Origin: an uncultured Verrucomicrobiae bacterium
GTDB lineage: Bacteria; Verrucomicrobiota; Verrucomicrobiia; Palsa-1439
Reading direction: 5' to 3'
DNA: 64,000 nt
Assembly: GCA_963712025.1 (NCBI GenBank)
Contig: CAVQGJ010000004.1
Span: 49,836 to 113,835 of the forward strand
How positions within the stretch are numbered: position 1 is the stretch's first letter; every line of letters begins with the position of its first letter. Both the position numbers and the translations under genes were made by a program. The notes below the pieces were generated by a model. The model had not been told where the DNA came from. It did no database searches and saw only the letters and a program-made list of their open reading frames with translations. Positions 10,697 through 21,378 of this stretch are shown in pieces.

Positions 10697-12063
10697 TGTC
10701 GCTCCAGTGTGTTGCGGTCCGTTTTCAACTGAGCTTCGAGCAGCGTCTCCGGCTCAGTCCGTTCCACGGCGGTGATCTGGCGGTAGGTGGAAATGTCCCG
10801 GTACGACTTCACATAGTTGAAGAATTGCGGGCGGATGCTGTCCTGCATCAACATGTAGACCAGCGCCCAACTCTCGGCGTAGGCGAGTTCGACGCGGCCT
10901 TCCCCAAGGGCGAAAAAGCCGGAGGCATCCCGGTGATTGAGCAGCGTCCTCAGCGGGAGAAGTTGACCCGCCTGTTGCGCCCGCGTGACCCGCTCCGCCA
11001 GCGTGGCATGGTATTGCCCGATTTCCGGGGTCTCACAATACTGCGCCAGGCCTTCCGTGAGCCAGGTCGGCTCCAATCCGTAGCGGGAGTGAATGTGATA
11101 GGCGTGAAACAACTGATGCGCGCCCTCGTGGCGGATGAGGCGCTCGTTGATCGATTTCGCCTCCGTGGTGATATCGGAGCGGAGGGCGGCCAGTTGCGGC
11201 CCCGCATCGGGGGAATCGTGGTACCGGCGGCTGCGTTCGTCGAGGCGGTCCCGGGCCTGAAAGTACCGGGTGGTGCTGAGCTGGTTGAGCAGCGCGAGAC
11301 GGTTTTCACGCGAGGAAAAGAATCCCGCGCTGTTGACGAAGGCGGGCGCCACGCGGAGCGCGTAGGCGCGGAAGGCGTCCTCGGAACCGAAGAAGACCAC
11401 GTCAACGTCCCGCAATTCGCCCTCCTGCCGGATCAGCTGCGCGAAATGATGGCGAAACTGCTCGCGCAGGTTGGTCAGCACGCCCAGGGTTTTCTGCACC
11501 TCGCCATACGATTCGTCCGTGACGATCGTATACGGCGGGCTCTTGACGAAGTGGAAATCGGGAAACTCGGCGCTGAACCGCACGTCGCGAGATGTCACGT
11601 CAAATGAAGCCGCCGGCAACGCCTCCACCGCAGCCACGTCACCCCACTGATAGGAGTCGACCACGTAACCGGAGTAGCCAAACCCGTCACGAAACCGAAT
11701 GGCGGTGGGCGATTCGGAAATTACCCATCCATCCAGGACACGGCCATCACGGAACTTGAGCCGGTGCGTGGGGTGTTCGGCGGCGAGTTCTGTCTCCAGT
11801 TGATGTTTGCGGGCCAGTTCCTCAGGCGCCAGTGGACGATTGGCATCCGTGTCTACGGGGACGATCGCAACCCGTTGGCCGCGCTCCCGCGCCGCGTCGA
11901 GAGCCGTCGGCTTGTCGGTCGACACCGCAGACGACCCGTAGCCGCCGAGCGCCACGAGGGCGCCCGCCAGGAGCACAAGGGCGCCCGCCAGGAGGATGAC
12001 GCGGCGCGCCCGTGCCGCCCCTGGAGGCAAGGCAAACCCTGATCGTTTATACTGGGGGTGCAT
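10669..12063 (-). CDS. DUF1570-like gluzincin metallopeptidase, N-terminal anchor
   Basis: HEGAHQ zinc motif, WLTEGLAQYCE, YAESWALVYML. Confidence 0.7.
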   Translation of the reverse strand: MHPQYKRSGFALPPGAARARRVILLAGALVLLAGALVALGGYGSSAVSTDKPTALDAARERGQRVAIVPVDTDANRPLAPEELARKHQLETELAAEHPTHRLKFRDGRVLDGWVISESPTAIRFRDGFGYSGYVVDSYQWGDVAAVEALPAASFDVTSRDVRFSAEFPDFHFVKSPPYTIVTDESYGEVQKTLGVLTNLREQFRHHFAQLIRQEGELRDVDVVFFGSEDAFRAYALRVAPAFVNSAGFFSSRENRLALLNQLSTTRYFQARDRLDERSRRYHDSPDAGPQLAALRSDITTEAKSINERLIRHEGAHQLFHAYHIHSRYGLEPTWLTEGLAQYCETPEIGQYHATLAERVTRAQQAGQLLPLRTLLNHRDASGFFALGEGRVELAYAESWALVYMLMQDSIRPQFFNYVKSYRDISTYRQITAVERTEPETLLEAQLKTDRNTLERQWDSFIAHL

Positions 12064-12223
12064 TGCCTGCCTGAAATAGCAGCAAATATGCCCATGCCCG
12101 CCGGAGGGAAATTACCGCCGTCCGCTTTTGCTGTTGACCGATGTGGTTGGCTTCTTTACATTTCGCAGTCGAGAGTTTGTTGGCTCGTCGGGATTTTTTG
12201 GAGCGCTCCCGTAGATGGCATAC

Positions 12224-12822
12224 ATGAGCAATCGAATGGCAATAGTGACTTTATCGGTGTCAGTCGCGTTTCTGATACCTGCGGTTCTCAGTTTTGCCCA
12301 GGAACCGCAGGGACCGGCTTCTCCCCATTTCAGATCCGGGCCATCCGGCAGCGAATGGTCAGTCCGCCCGATTACCGGTCGATTGTCCAGGACGCCGGCA
12401 GCCGGGCCGTGAGCGCGGGGCAAAACTGGCTGCAAATTGAGACTGAATTTGGGAGCTCGCCTGATTGGGCCGACGACGTTCAGTTAAAGTATTACGTGTT
12501 GCTGGGACGGGGCGGGAACGCGCGTTGCCTCGTCGGCGATATTACCTACATCAACGTGGCCAGGGGCGGCCAACACCGTTCCGCCATGTTCGTGCATCCG
12601 AACACCCTCCAACGCTATGGCAATGGTCAGGTCGAGGCTGTCGCGGTGCAGTTGTTTTACAAAGGGCAGCTGATCGACCAAAACAGTTATCCTCCCTCAG
12701 CCGATCGCTGGTGGGAACGGTTGACGCCAATCAGCGGCCTCGTGCTGCCTCCGCGAGAAACTCCATGGTCTGTTCTTGCCTTTGACCGATATGAGTCACC
12801 CAAACCCACGCCGCAACCATAA
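12224..12822 (+). CDS. Secreted protein, Amuc_1102-like (frameshift near 12330)
   Basis: Signal peptide in one frame, body (WLQIETEF...VQLKYYVLL...HRSAMFVHP) in another; first gene of the pilM-secretin operon, as in Akkermansia. Confidence 0.55.
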
Positions 12823-12840
12823 CCGCACCGTGAACCATCC

Positions 12841-14601
12841 ATGTTAAGCTCCGACCGAATGCTGGCGCTGGACATCGGCGCGTCCACCATCAAGGTGGGT
12901 GAATTTCAAGCCGTCAAGGGCCAGGGGTTGCGGCTCACCAACTTCAACTATGCCGAACTCGGGATCGATCCCGAACACGAAGAGAACCGCAAGGCGCTGA
13001 TCGTTTCCACCGTTCGCAACGTGGTGCGCGAAAGAAACATCAAGGCCAAGAGCGTCGTGTTCAGCGTTTCCGGCCAATCCGTCTTCACCCGCTTCGTCAA
13101 GTTGCCGCCGGTTGATGAATCGAAGGTCGCGCAAATCATCCAGTATGAGGCCCAGCAGAACGTCCCCTTCCCGATCGATGAAGTCATTTGGGATTACCAA
13201 TTGCTCGGCAGCAACCCCCAAGGGGAACTGGAGGTCGTGCTGTTGGCCATCAAGAGCGACATCATCGAAGAACTCACCGAAGGCATAGAATCCTCGGGGT
13301 TGCGGACGGACATCGTGGATGTGGCCCCGATGGCGCTCTACAACTCGGTCCGCTACAACTACGGCGAGATCGAGGGATGCACCATGGTCGTCGATCTCGG
13401 AGCGCGCACCACCAATCTTCTGTTTCTGGAACAGAATCGCGTCTTCTCGCGGTCCATCCCCATTGCCGGCAACGCCATCACGCAAAGCATCGCCTCGGAG
13501 TTCAACGTCCCGTTCCTCGAAGCCGAGCACATGAAAAAGACGCACGGCTTCGTGGCGCTGGGCGGGGCCTACGAGGAACCCGAAAATGAAACTCAGGCCC
13601 GCGTCAGCAAGATCATCCGCAACGTGATGACCCGTCTCCATGCCGAGATCGCCCGTTCCATCAATTTCTACAAGGGACAACAGGGAGGCAACCTTCCCGC
13701 GCGCGTCCTGCTTTCGGGCGGCACCTCGATCATCCCCTACACGGACCGTTTCTTTAAGGAAAAGATCCAGACGGACATCGAATACTTCAATCCCTTCCGC
13801 AACGTGGAGATTGACCCGCAAGTTTCGCGTGAAGAGTTGGCCCGATGCGCGCATTTCTTCGGAGAAGTCGTCGGCCTGGGCCTGCGCAAAACCACCGAAT
13901 GCCCCATCGAGGTCAATCTCCTTCCGAAATCCGCCCGCCGTCGCGAGCAGATGCAGCACCAACGGCCCTATCTCGCCGGCGCGGCCGTCTGCATACTGCT
14001 CATCCCGCTGTGCTGGCTCGGGTACACCCAAAAAACCCTGGCTCTGAAGACCGCCCAACTGCAGGAATTGACCGACAAGGTCAAAAACATGGACGACCTC
14101 AGTCAGCGCCTCAACCGTGAACAGGACCAACTGTCCGAGGTTCAGGGCAAAGCCAATCAAATCGTCTCGCTGGTCGACCAGCGGTCGCTCTGGCCGGAAC
14201 TGCTGCAAGACCTGACATCGAGGCTCAGCTCGAACATTTGGATTGTCTCGTTTATCCCGGATTCGGATGTCCCGGCCGTCGCCGCGCCTTCAGCCCCGTC
14301 GTCTCCACGGATGTCCGGTCGGGATGGACGCCGGGAGGGCGACGAAAACGCTCCACCGCCGGCCAACTCCGGGCCTGGCGGAGGCATTGCCGAAGTTCGC
14401 ATCGAAGGTGCGGGGATTCACTCCGCCGAGAATCCGGAGCAGGACATCCAGTTGGTCGATGATTTTGCCAAGAACCTGCGCGAGTCACCCTTCTACGACA
14501 AGGCGGCCGTCGTGATTGACGTGCCGCCAAACCCAACGTTGCAAGGGAAGACCTTTACCTTCACCATCCGCGCGAAACTGCTGAAACCGATCTCCCTGTG
14601 A
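12841..14601 (+). CDS. pilM: Type IV pilus assembly PilM with fused PilN-like C-terminus (Amuc_1101-like)
   Basis: LALDIGASTIKV, SVSGQSVFTRFVKLP, QYEAQQNVPFP, VDLGARTTN, RSINFY, then TM and coiled coil. Confidence 0.9.
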   Translation: MLSSDRMLALDIGASTIKVGEFQAVKGQGLRLTNFNYAELGIDPEHEENRKALIVSTVRNVVRERNIKAKSVVFSVSGQSVFTRFVKLPPVDESKVAQIIQYEAQQNVPFPIDEVIWDYQLLGSNPQGELEVVLLAIKSDIIEELTEGIESSGLRTDIVDVAPMALYNSVRYNYGEIEGCTMVVDLGARTTNLLFLEQNRVFSRSIPIAGNAITQSIASEFNVPFLEAEHMKKTHGFVALGGAYEEPENETQARVSKIIRNVMTRLHAEIARSINFYKGQQGGNLPARVLLSGGTSIIPYTDRFFKEKIQTDIEYFNPFRNVEIDPQVSREELARCAHFFGEVVGLGLRKTTECPIEVNLLPKSARRREQMQHQRPYLAGAAVCILLIPLCWLGYTQKTLALKTAQLQELTDKVKNMDDLSQRLNREQDQLSEVQGKANQIVSLVDQRSLWPELLQDLTSRLSSNIWIVSFIPDSDVPAVAAPSAPSSPRMSGRDGRREGDENAPPPANSGPGGGIAEVRIEGAGIHSAENPEQDIQLVDDFAKNLRESPFYDKAAVVIDVPPNPTLQGKTFTFTIRAKLLKPISL

Positions 14602-14602
14602 T

Positions 14603-15541
14603 ATGAATCTCAAATGGCTGAAACAGAACACGGTGATGGTGGGGTTCCTGACGGCTTTCGTCGTCGTGCTCGGGGTGGTTATCTGGTTGCAACAGGCCGC
14701 CGCGTCGAAGCGCGTAGAGGTCGATGCCGCCCTGGAGGAGCAACAATCGCAATTCGACCACTACAACAGCGTAAAACCGCACCCTTCACGCGAGAGCATT
14801 GACGTCATCAAGCAGGACCGGGAGCAGGTCGCTCAACTGTACGGGCAACTGGTAGGAGCTGTCGGCCACAGCATCGAAGTCCCGCCCGACCTGCGGCCCG
14901 TCGGTTTTCTTCAACTCATGGCCACCACCTTTTCCCGTCTTCGCCAGGCGGCCGTCGCGGCGGGGACCAAAGTTCAAGATGGATTCGCGTTCGGGTTTGA
15001 CCGTTACGCCGGGACTTCCTCGACTCTCCCCGCCAAGAACCTTTCCCCTGAAGACACGAAGCGTGTCCTGACCCTGCTCGTCAAGCAACTGACCGCTATC
15101 GATCAAATCAGCTCGTTGTTGATCTCCAACCACGTGGCGGAAATCAGCCAGATACGCCGCGCCGAGGTCGAGCCAAGCGGCGGCGGATCGCAGGGCGGCG
15201 GATCGCTGGATGCCTCGATCAAGACCGATCCCAATGCGCTGTATCAGGTTCTGCCCTTTGAGTTTCAGTTCAAGTGCTCCGGCGACGCGTTGCGCGGGTT
15301 CCTCAACAGCCTGACCAAAGCGGACCTGTTTCTTGCCGTGCGACGTTTACAGGTCACGGGTGAAGCGCCCGCCAACGAGAAGACGCCCATGGGACCGGGA
15401 ATCGCGGCGGCCGCTGAGGGCGGCACGACAACTTCTTCGACTCCGAATGCCGCACTGTTGTCCGTAACCATGCGCATTGACCTGATCGAATTCCCGACTC
15501 CACAACCCGCGCGGAAGGAAGCGGGAAAACCAGGCGCCTGA
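14603..15541 (+). CDS. Amuc_1100-like pilus-associated (PilO-like) protein
   Basis: N-terminal TM, coiled coil, FAFGFDRY, LPFEFQFKCSGDALRGFLNSL, LFLAVRRL; sits between pilM and secretin. Confidence 0.7.
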   Translation: MNLKWLKQNTVMVGFLTAFVVVLGVVIWLQQAAASKRVEVDAALEEQQSQFDHYNSVKPHPSRESIDVIKQDREQVAQLYGQLVGAVGHSIEVPPDLRPVGFLQLMATTFSRLRQAAVAAGTKVQDGFAFGFDRYAGTSSTLPAKNLSPEDTKRVLTLLVKQLTAIDQISSLLISNHVAEISQIRRAEVEPSGGGSQGGGSLDASIKTDPNALYQVLPFEFQFKCSGDALRGFLNSLTKADLFLAVRRLQVTGEAPANEKTPMGPGIAAAAEGGTTTSSTPNAALLSVTMRIDLIEFPTPQPARKEAGKPGA

Positions 15542-15575
15542 CGGACGCGTCCGAGGCGCGAGCGAAAAGACCAAC

Positions 15576-16385
15576 ATGGATTTCCTGAAGAGACACTATG
15601 AGAAGCTGGTGCTGGCGGTGGCACTGGTGGCGCTGATCGTCTCCGCGGTTGTTTTGGCGTTGCGGGTCAACGAACTCAGCAATGAGGGGCCAATGGCAAG
15701 AATCTCGACCCATGCCACCCCCAACCCGCACATTGCCCTGGCGACCTACTCCAACGCCATTCAAGCGCTGGCCGAGCCGTCGTTGTGGACAAATGCAGAG
15801 GTCGACCCGTTCCGATCCCCGTACATCCCCGTGGTACTCCCCTCATCGACAAACACCACCAGCCCTCCCGCCGCGCCAGAGTTTCCGGTCACCCTTCTCA
15901 GCGTGGTGCGCAAGCCGTTCAAGCTGTTGTTCATGGCGTATTCGCCCAATGCAGCCACAGGCGGGTACAATTTCCAGATTAATTTCCAGTTCCGTTCGCG
16001 GACGTTCTTCATTCCCGCAGTTGGTGATATTATCAAGGATCACTACGAAGATACCGGATATCGCATTGCTAGCTTCGAAAGGAAATCCGTCGTCGTCAAT
16101 GATCCCACCCTCAATATCCCGCGAAACAAAGACGTGTCGGAACTCACGGTGCAGCACGAAGGGGGTGCCCCTGTCCTCCTGGTTCTCGGACAGGAGAGCG
16201 AAGACCAGGAGCCCGTGGCCCAGGTGCGTTGCGCCGATGGACAAACGGGTGATTATCGACGCGGACAATCGTTCACGTGCAAGGGCGTCACGTACGAAGT
16301 CTTTGACATTGACATCAATCAGAAACAGATGGTAATCGTTGACAAACAAACACAGTTGCAGCACATCATCAAGTCCCAGCCGTAG
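15576..16385 (+). CDS. Amuc_1099-like pilus system protein
   Basis: MDFLKRHYEKLVL plus TM, followed by a beta-rich body; synteny. Confidence 0.55.
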   Translation: MDFLKRHYEKLVLAVALVALIVSAVVLALRVNELSNEGPMARISTHATPNPHIALATYSNAIQALAEPSLWTNAEVDPFRSPYIPVVLPSSTNTTSPPAAPEFPVTLLSVVRKPFKLLFMAYSPNAATGGYNFQINFQFRSRTFFIPAVGDIIKDHYEDTGYRIASFERKSVVVNDPTLNIPRNKDVSELTVQHEGGAPVLLVLGQESEDQEPVAQVRCADGQTGDYRRGQSFTCKGVTYEVFDIDINQKQMVIVDKQTQLQHIIKSQP

Positions 16386-16487
16386 TTTGACTTGCGAAAG
16401 CGCTTCAAACGGGCTGGTTCGTCTGCGGCAATGGGGGGATGTGCGCAGAGCCTCTGGCGAGTCGTGAACGGAACGGAGAATCGTCAT

Positions 16488-18992
16488 ATGACAAGAATGG
16501 TATTGGTATTACTCACGAGCAGCGCCTGCTTCTTTGCGTCGATGGAGCTGCGGGCCGCGCCCTCCGATCCTTCGTCCACGGGCTCCTCGACTGCCGAACA
16601 GGCCGCCCGGGAGGAACTTGTTCGCCGGCAGGAAGCTCAATTGGCCGCCGAAAGACTGCTCACCCAGGGTGAAAAGCTTTTCTATGCCGGTAAGTACTCC
16701 GAAGCCGTCGCGAAGCTTGAACAAGGCATCAAACTGCTGCCCCGCGCCCCCGCGACCGAAGTGGACTACAATCGGGCGCTTCACGGATTGACGGACTCCT
16801 ACACACGGCTCGCCGACGCGGCGCTTCACAGCGGCGACATCGCCAGTGCCCGTTCCCTCGCGGGCAAGGCGCTGGAATACGATCCAGAAAACGGGGCGGC
16901 GAAAAACATCCTCGCCGAGGCCAAACAGGCCGACTTGGAGAAAACCCCGACAAACCCGACCGGGTCCCGATTGGATGAAACCCCCGAATTCGTGGCCAAA
17001 AAAGATCAGATCAAGCGACTGTTCCGGGAAGGTAAGATCCTGATGAACTCCGGCCAGTACGACGAAGCGGAGAGCCGGTTTCAACAGGTTTTGATCCTGG
17101 ACCCCTACAATGCCGACGCCACTGCCCTGCTCAAGGCCCTGAACAAGCAACGTATCGACTACGCCCAGGGTTCTCAAGATGAAACGCGTGTGCATCGTCT
17201 TTGGGAGGTATCGGACCGCTGGACTCCACCCATTAGCAGCGAGGTGCAAGCTCCCAAGTCCGAGGAACATCCTGGCCCAATCGTTCGCGATGCCCTCCGC
17301 CAGGAGAGCATCATCAAGAAGCTTAACGAAATTGTGATTCCCGAAATCAACTACCGCGAGGCGGTTGTCAGTGACGTCATCACCTTCTTGAGTGAGGAGA
17401 GCCGTACCCTTGACCCGGAAAAAGTGGGTGTCAACATCGTGTTGAGCAGTAGCGCCGGAGGAGGCGCACCGCCCAAGGCCGGGGCAACGCCTACGGCGGC
17501 GGCCCCCATGGCCCCCGGCGCCGAAGCCGCCGCCCCGGCCGCTGCGACAGCGGAGGAGCCCGAGTCGTTCGGTCAGAAGATCACGCTGTCATTGCGGAAT
17601 GTCCCGTTGATTGACGCCCTGAAATACGTGACCACCCTCGCGGGTTTAAAGTACCGCATCGAGTCCAGCGCGGTGATGATTTTGCCCCTGGACGCCCCCG
17701 AAGGCGAGATGGTAACGCGTTCCTATCCGGTCACGCCCGGTGTGTTTAAGACCATCGGCGGAGGCCCCGCAGCCGCGGCCCCCACTACCCCTCAAGGCGC
17801 TGTGGGATCGTACCGCTCAATCGGCGACACTGGAATTGCCGCCGCCACCGTGACCACCAATGATGTGGAAGGCACCTTCCGGGCTGCCGGGGTTCCCTTC
17901 CCGCCGGGGTCAAGCCTCGTGTTTAATTCCCGCACCAGCACCATTATCATCCGCAATACGCCGGAGAACCTCGAGATTTTCGAGCGCGTGTTGTCGGCTT
18001 ACAACTTCGTCCCGTCCCAAATCGAGATCGAGGCGAAGTTCGTGCAAATCTCCCAAAATGACCTGGACGAACTGGGTTTTGACTGGCAGATGGGCACCAA
18101 AACGCTGGGAAGCTTTGACGTCACCGGTGGCGGCGGTGCGGAAGCATTCCCCCCGGGCACCGGCCCTAATACCAGCCAGTCTTTCGACATCACCTCAGGC
18201 CTACAGGACAGTTCCGCGATTCAAGGAAACGCGATCTCGTCCCTGCTGGCCGCCAACGGCTTTGGCACAACATCCTCGCCACAGGACCAAATTGCGACAA
18301 TTCGCGGCATACTGACGAACCCGCAGTTCCAGGTCATTATCAAGGCTCTCGCCCAAAAGCAAAGCGCCGACACGCTCTCAGCGCCCAAGGTCACAACCGT
18401 CAGCGGCCAACAGGCGCAGATTCGCTCGGTCCAGGAGTTCATTTACCCAACATCGTGGTCGATACCCACAGCGACCGCCGCCGGTGGCGGCGTGACCGGC
18501 GGTGGCTCATCGGCCGTTACCCCGTCGATTCCCAGCGCATTTCAGACTCGTGAAGTCGGCGTTCTACTCAATGTGACGCCCGAGGTTGGCGCGGACGGTT
18601 ATACGATCAACCTGACTCTCGCGCCCGAAGTATCGGAATTTCTCGGGTTTATCAACTACGGCAGCCCCATCGGCTTGTCGTCGGGCGTCGGCAACGTGGT
18701 CACCACGCCAAACAACATTGAAGAGCCTCTCTTTTCCAGCGAGAACCTCACCACGAGCGTCGTGATTTGGGATGGTCAAACGGTTGTCCTCGGGGGTTTG
18801 ATTACGGAGCAATTGACCAAGATCGATGACAAAGTGCCGTTCCTTGGCGATCTGCCCATGGTCGGCCGGTTATTTCAATCCAAGGTCACGCAACGCTCCA
18901 AGCTCAACCTCCTTATTTTCGTGACGGCCCGCTTGATTGATCCGGCGGGTAACTTGGTTCACCGCGTTCCGTTGGCGGCCAGCGCGCGCTAA
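16488..18992 (+). CDS. pilQ: Secretin (PilQ/GspD family, Amuc_1098-like) with TPRs
   Basis: QIEIEAKFVQI, LSAPKVTTVSGQQAQI, REVGVLLNVTP, VVIWDGQTVVLGGL, KVPFLGDLPMVGRLF, LLIFVTARLI. Confidence 0.9.
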   Translation: MTRMVLVLLTSSACFFASMELRAAPSDPSSTGSSTAEQAAREELVRRQEAQLAAERLLTQGEKLFYAGKYSEAVAKLEQGIKLLPRAPATEVDYNRALHGLTDSYTRLADAALHSGDIASARSLAGKALEYDPENGAAKNILAEAKQADLEKTPTNPTGSRLDETPEFVAKKDQIKRLFREGKILMNSGQYDEAESRFQQVLILDPYNADATALLKALNKQRIDYAQGSQDETRVHRLWEVSDRWTPPISSEVQAPKSEEHPGPIVRDALRQESIIKKLNEIVIPEINYREAVVSDVITFLSEESRTLDPEKVGVNIVLSSSAGGGAPPKAGATPTAAAPMAPGAEAAAPAAATAEEPESFGQKITLSLRNVPLIDALKYVTTLAGLKYRIESSAVMILPLDAPEGEMVTRSYPVTPGVFKTIGGGPAAAAPTTPQGAVGSYRSIGDTGIAAATVTTNDVEGTFRAAGVPFPPGSSLVFNSRTSTIIIRNTPENLEIFERVLSAYNFVPSQIEIEAKFVQISQNDLDELGFDWQMGTKTLGSFDVTGGGGAEAFPPGTGPNTSQSFDITSGLQDSSAIQGNAISSLLAANGFGTTSSPQDQIATIRGILTNPQFQVIIKALAQKQSADTLSAPKVTTVSGQQAQIRSVQEFIYPTSWSIPTATAAGGGVTGGGSSAVTPSIPSAFQTREVGVLLNVTPEVGADGYTINLTLAPEVSEFLGFINYGSPIGLSSGVGNVVTTPNNIEEPLFSSENLTTSVVIWDGQTVVLGGLITEQLTKIDDKVPFLGDLPMVGRLFQSKVTQRSKLNLLIFVTARLIDPAGNLVHRVPLAASAR

Positions 18993-19082
18993 CGGTCATA
19001 ACGGTTCCCAGCGCCCCGCGTCTCACGACCACGAGTCGGGTGGATTGTTTTGCCTCTGCCAGCGTGATACCCTGATCCGGCG

Positions 19083-19979
19083 ATGCCTGCTACCGTACTC
19101 CTTTACGACGCGTACTCCCTGATTTATCGCGCGTTTTACGCCATCCGGTCCCTCTCGGGGCCGGACGGTCAACCTGTCAACGCGATCTATGCCCTGGCCA
19201 AGATGCTCCAGAAGATGGCCGCCGACCACACACCCTCCTATCACGCGGCCGTATTCGACCTCGGCGCACCCCGCAAACGTCTGACCCTGCTGCCCTCGTA
19301 CAAGGCGCAACGACCGCCCACGCCGCCGGATCTGGATCGCCAGCTTCCAGTGATCCGGGACATGCTGGAAGCCATGCGCGTTCCGCTCGTCGAAACTGAG
19401 GGCGAGGAAGCCGACGACATTGTCGCCACGCTGGCGGTCCGCGCCGCCGCCGCTGATCACCCTGTCCTGATTGCCAGCAATGACAAGGACTTCATGCAAC
19501 TCGTGTCTTCGCGTATCCGCCTGCTTCGGCCGGACGGAAAGGAATCCGCCATCGTCGATCCGGAAGGCGTCCGAGAACGATATGGCGTCTCGCCGGGGCA
19601 GATCATCGATTTTCTCAGCTTGCTGGGTGATTCCGTGGATAATATTCCGGGTGCGCCGGGCGTAGGCGAGAAGACCGCGGCCCAACTGCTGCAACGCTAC
19701 AGCACGCTGGACAATTTGCTGGCCCATGTCGCCGAGATCACGAAACCAAAACTGCGCGACAGCCTGGTCGCTTCGGCGGAAAGGCTTCAGATCAACCGTC
19801 AGCTCATCAGACTTCAGGCAGACCTTCCCCTCTCCGTGGGTCTGGAAGACCTGAAAGTCCAAGCCCCCGACGCCACCGCCCTGACCGCGATCTACCGCCG
19901 TTGTGGTTTCAAATCTCTGTTGGCCCGGATCGAGCGCATTCACCCACATGACGAACCGGATCTGTTTGCCAGAAAATGA
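19083..19979 (+). CDS. Stand-alone 5'-3' exonuclease / flap endonuclease (Pol I N-terminal family)
   Basis: LLYDAYSLIYRAFYA, YKAQRPPTP, EADDIVATLA, SNDKDFMQL, LLGDSVDNIPGAPGVGEKTA. Confidence 0.9.
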   Translation: MPATVLLYDAYSLIYRAFYAIRSLSGPDGQPVNAIYALAKMLQKMAADHTPSYHAAVFDLGAPRKRLTLLPSYKAQRPPTPPDLDRQLPVIRDMLEAMRVPLVETEGEEADDIVATLAVRAAAADHPVLIASNDKDFMQLVSSRIRLLRPDGKESAIVDPEGVRERYGVSPGQIIDFLSLLGDSVDNIPGAPGVGEKTAAQLLQRYSTLDNLLAHVAEITKPKLRDSLVASAERLQINRQLIRLQADLPLSVGLEDLKVQAPDATALTAIYRRCGFKSLLARIERIHPHDEPDLFARK

Positions 19980-20035
19980 AGCAGCGATCCAGTGGTTGCC
20001 GGATCGCCGCCCCTGCTCGAATCCCCCAAAACCCG

Positions 20036-21329
20036 TTACCCGCTCAATTTCGTGATGACATTGATCAGCGGCAGGAACATCGCGATGACAATGGTACCCA
20101 CGATGACCGCCAGGACGACAATCATGACGGGTTCCAGCAACGACGTGATGGCGCCCACCGCGTTATCGACTTCATCATCGTAGACGTCGGCCACTTTCAT
20201 CAACATGTCCGGCAGCGCACCGGTTTCCTCACCGACGTCGACCATGCTAACGACCATGGCCGGAAATACTCCGGAGGCTTCCAGCGGCTGGACAATGCGT
20301 TCCCCCTCCTTTACCGAATCGTGAATCTGGGAAACCGCCTTGGCGATCACGGCATTCCCCGACGTCTCACGCACGATGTTCAGCGCCTGCAAAATGGGGA
20401 CGCCGCTCGCGACGAGCGTGCCCAGTGTGCGTGTAAACCGCGCAATGCCAACCTTGCGAATCAGTGAACCGAAGACGGGAGCGTTCAGCTTGAACTTGTC
20501 GAGGTAGTAGCGGCCCTTCACCGTCTTGCTGAGGAACTTGATCGCGAACCAGAGAGCGGCAACACACCCGGCGACCAGCGGGAACTGGTTCTTCACAAGA
20601 TTGCTGCAGCCAAGCACAAACAAGGTCACCCCAGGCAACTTCTCGCCCTCCAGAAGATCCAAAAAAATCTCCTGGAATTTCGGGATGACCACGATCATCA
20701 GGAAGATGACGATCCCCATGGCAACCATGATGACCACCGTCGGATAGACCATCGCCGAAATGACTTTGCCCTTGATCTTTTCGGCCTTCTCCTGAAAGTC
20801 GGCCAGTCGTGAAAGCGTGACGTCCAGCACGCCGCCCGCCTCGCCCGCGCGAACCATGTTGACATACAACTTATTGAAGACTTTGGGGTGTTGTGCCAGG
20901 GCCTCGCTGAACGTGCTGCCGCCTTCCACGCTTTCCGCAAGCTGCTGCAGCGTCCGTTTCAAGGTGGGGTTCTTCTCGCCCTTGCGGAGGACATCCAGGC
21001 CGCGCAGGAGCGGCAGGCCCGCGTCAATCAGCGTCGCCAATTGCCGCGTGAACGCCGTCAATACCTTCGTCTTGACCTTGCCGGTGCTGAGAAACTTTAG
21101 TTCGAGCGATCCAAGACCCTTCTTGCCGCCCGTTTTGCCGCCCGCCGGCGCCCGGAGCGGCTGTTTTCGCACTCTTCTTGGTCGCCGCCTTGTCCGCCTC
21201 CGCAACATTCGTGGGAAAGTAACCCATCTCCCGGATCCGGCTGACGGCCGAGGTGGTGTTTTCGCTTTCCAGTACGCCGGTGATTTCCTTGCCCCGTGAA
21301 TCCAACGCTACATAGCTGAACTTTGCCAT
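20036..21329 (-). CDS. pilC: PilC/GspF platform protein (frameshift near 21150)
   Basis: MAKFSYVALDSRGK, FTRQLATLIDAGLPL, YVNMVRAGEAGGVLD, MVDVGEETGAL, AMFLPL. Confidence 0.92.
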
Positions 21330-21378
21330 AGCCGTCCTCCGCGTCTGTCACCCACGCCCGGGGTGGGCACCGGCACCG

